Assembly (NCBI GenBank): GCA_902479935.1
Contig: CABSQV010000008.1
Location: 1,218 to 65,217 of the forward strand
DNA length: 64,000 bases
Direction: 5' to 3'
Source: an uncultured Streptococcus sp.
GTDB taxonomy: Bacteria > Bacillota > Bacilli > Lactobacillales > Aerococcaceae
The notes beneath the pieces were generated by a model. It did no database searches. It was not told the DNA's origin and worked only from the letters and a program-made list of their open reading frames with translations. Each line of letters starts with the position of its first letter. The stretch's first letter is position 1. The translations under genes were made by a program, and so were the position numbers. Below are positions 63,078 through 64,000 of the stretch, piece by piece.

Positions 63078-63750
63078 ACTGACTCTCCTCCCAATTACTT
63101 AAATGCATCTCAAGCTCCAGTCTTTCGTCCTGGTTTTCCTTGATCCATTCGGCAATCTCTGCCCAATGTGCACCAGGCAATGCTTCTGCACGTTTGATGA
63201 ACCACTCTTCGGTATCTTTTAGTGTTCCGTGATGTTCTTTTGTCACGTATTGTAAATATTCCACGAGTAAGGCTTGTTTCGCCTCTTCAGTCTTATAATC
63301 AAACTGATGTACCTCAAAAATCGGTAAATAGGTCCATCCCATCGCATTGGCTAGCGCTTGGAATGGGCGCAAGAGTTCCGAAATCGTAAATTGTTCTTTC
63401 CCACCTGCACGAAAGGCTTCTTCTTTCACGCCAAGTGTCACAACGATTCCGAGTTCCTTAATTTGTTTTGCAAAAGGCGCACTCTTACTCATCACCGTAT
63501 CGATCCATTCCTTCATAACAGAAGGCGCTTGGTACCAATACATAGGGAATTGAAGAATCAGACGCTGGGCACTAGAGTCTGCCAAAGCTTTTTCTTCATC
63601 CGATTTTGTAAAATGAGATTTCGCTGCACTCCACACTTCATCTAAATGACGAACCGTTACAGCTTCTTCCCCTTTTAAGGTCGCAAGGAAAAACTGTTGG
63701 CTCGATGAAGTTTGAATCGTTGGATGGCTAATCACCACCATTGTTTTCAT
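63064..63750 (-). CDS. Flavodoxin-like-fold NAD(P)H oxidoreductase (general stress protein 14 / KefF-like) with a C-terminal extension
   Basis: 228 aa. Carries the FQFPMYWYQAPSVMKEWID motif typical of the Flavodoxin_2 family. Confidence 0.75.
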   Translation of the reverse strand: MKTMVVISHPTIQTSSSQQFFLATLKGEEAVTVRHLDEVWSAAKSHFTKSDEEKALADSSAQRLILQFPMYWYQAPSVMKEWIDTVMSKSAPFAKQIKELGIVVTLGVKEEAFRAGGKEQFTISELLRPFQALANAMGWTYLPIFEVHQFDYKTEEAKQALLVEYLQYVTKEHHGTLKDTEEWFIKRAEALPGAHWAEIAEWIKENQDERLELEMHLSNWEESQYGDY

Positions 63751-63751
63751 A

Positions 63752-64000
63752 TTACTCGTTTCCTTTCTGTGAAAGTACTTCTAGAAGAGCGTTCGTGTTA
63801 TCCACAAAATACTGAATGGCAAATGGTAATGCCGCATCATCCACTAAGAATGCTGGGTGATGCCATTCGCGTGGGCAACCTGTTCCAATAAAGACGAAGC
63901 ATCCTGGAACGTGTTCCATATAATTGGCGAAATCCTCTGCTCCTAAAGTTACTTCCGGTGTCACCACTGTCGCAAATTTCTCTGTCACACTTTTAACAAC
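63752..64000 (-). CDS. M20-family amidohydrolase/peptidase, C-terminal part; the gene continues beyond the window end
   Basis: C-terminal sequence GAEDFANYMEHVPGCFVFIGTG...HHPAFLVDD is typical of M20D amidohydrolases. The frame is open to the window edge. Confidence 0.7.
   Translation of the reverse strand, partial: VVKSVTEKFATVVTPEVTLGAEDFANYMEHVPGCFVFIGTGCPREWHHPAFLVDDAALPFAIQYFVDNTNALLEVLSQKGNE

Overview
This window is a low-GC Firmicutes chromosome segment, Bacilli/Lactobacillales-like by gene content and order; the taxon is an inference and was not searched. It is mostly housekeeping and mostly minus-strand. I found no CRISPR array, rRNA, transposase, integrase or recognisable defence system.

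Main contents:
- Exporters: a heterodimeric ABC exporter pair, an MsbA-like ABC exporter, a MATE pump and an ABC-F ATPase.
- thrC, an nfrA-like nitroreductase, mecA, spx and trpS.
- An ABC-2 transporter divergent from a LiaS/DesK-type two-component system.
- A ROK glucokinase and the complete cggR-gap-pgk-tpiA-gpmI-eno operon.
- An XRE-type toxin-antitoxin (TA)-like remnant next to tRNA-Arg(CCG).
- A ~2200-aa YSIRK/LPNTG repeat adhesin.
- rpmG (missed by the ORF track), ilvE, trxB, galU, gpsA, lgt and hprK.
- A yvlB/C/D-like envelope module, yabB-yazA-rsmI, and tmk-darA-holB-yabA.
- A cytoplasmic sulfatase/FGE/TauE module and a GH112 galacto-N-biose/lacto-N-biose (GNB/LNB) phosphorylase with its ABC importer.

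The most unusual signal is non-coding. Seven copies of a ~130-bp highly structured repeat occur in 64 kb. Its stems differ between copies by compensatory changes.

Each copy sits at the centre of a much longer palindrome built from locus-specific DNA. One arm is genuine flanking sequence, including the mecA and MATE RBS/start codons, the rpmG, trpS and rsmI 3' ends, and the eno and GNB/LNB operon terminators. The other arm is a degenerate inverted copy of it. The genuine arm is always on the same side of the asymmetric core.

I cannot assign this element to a family I know.
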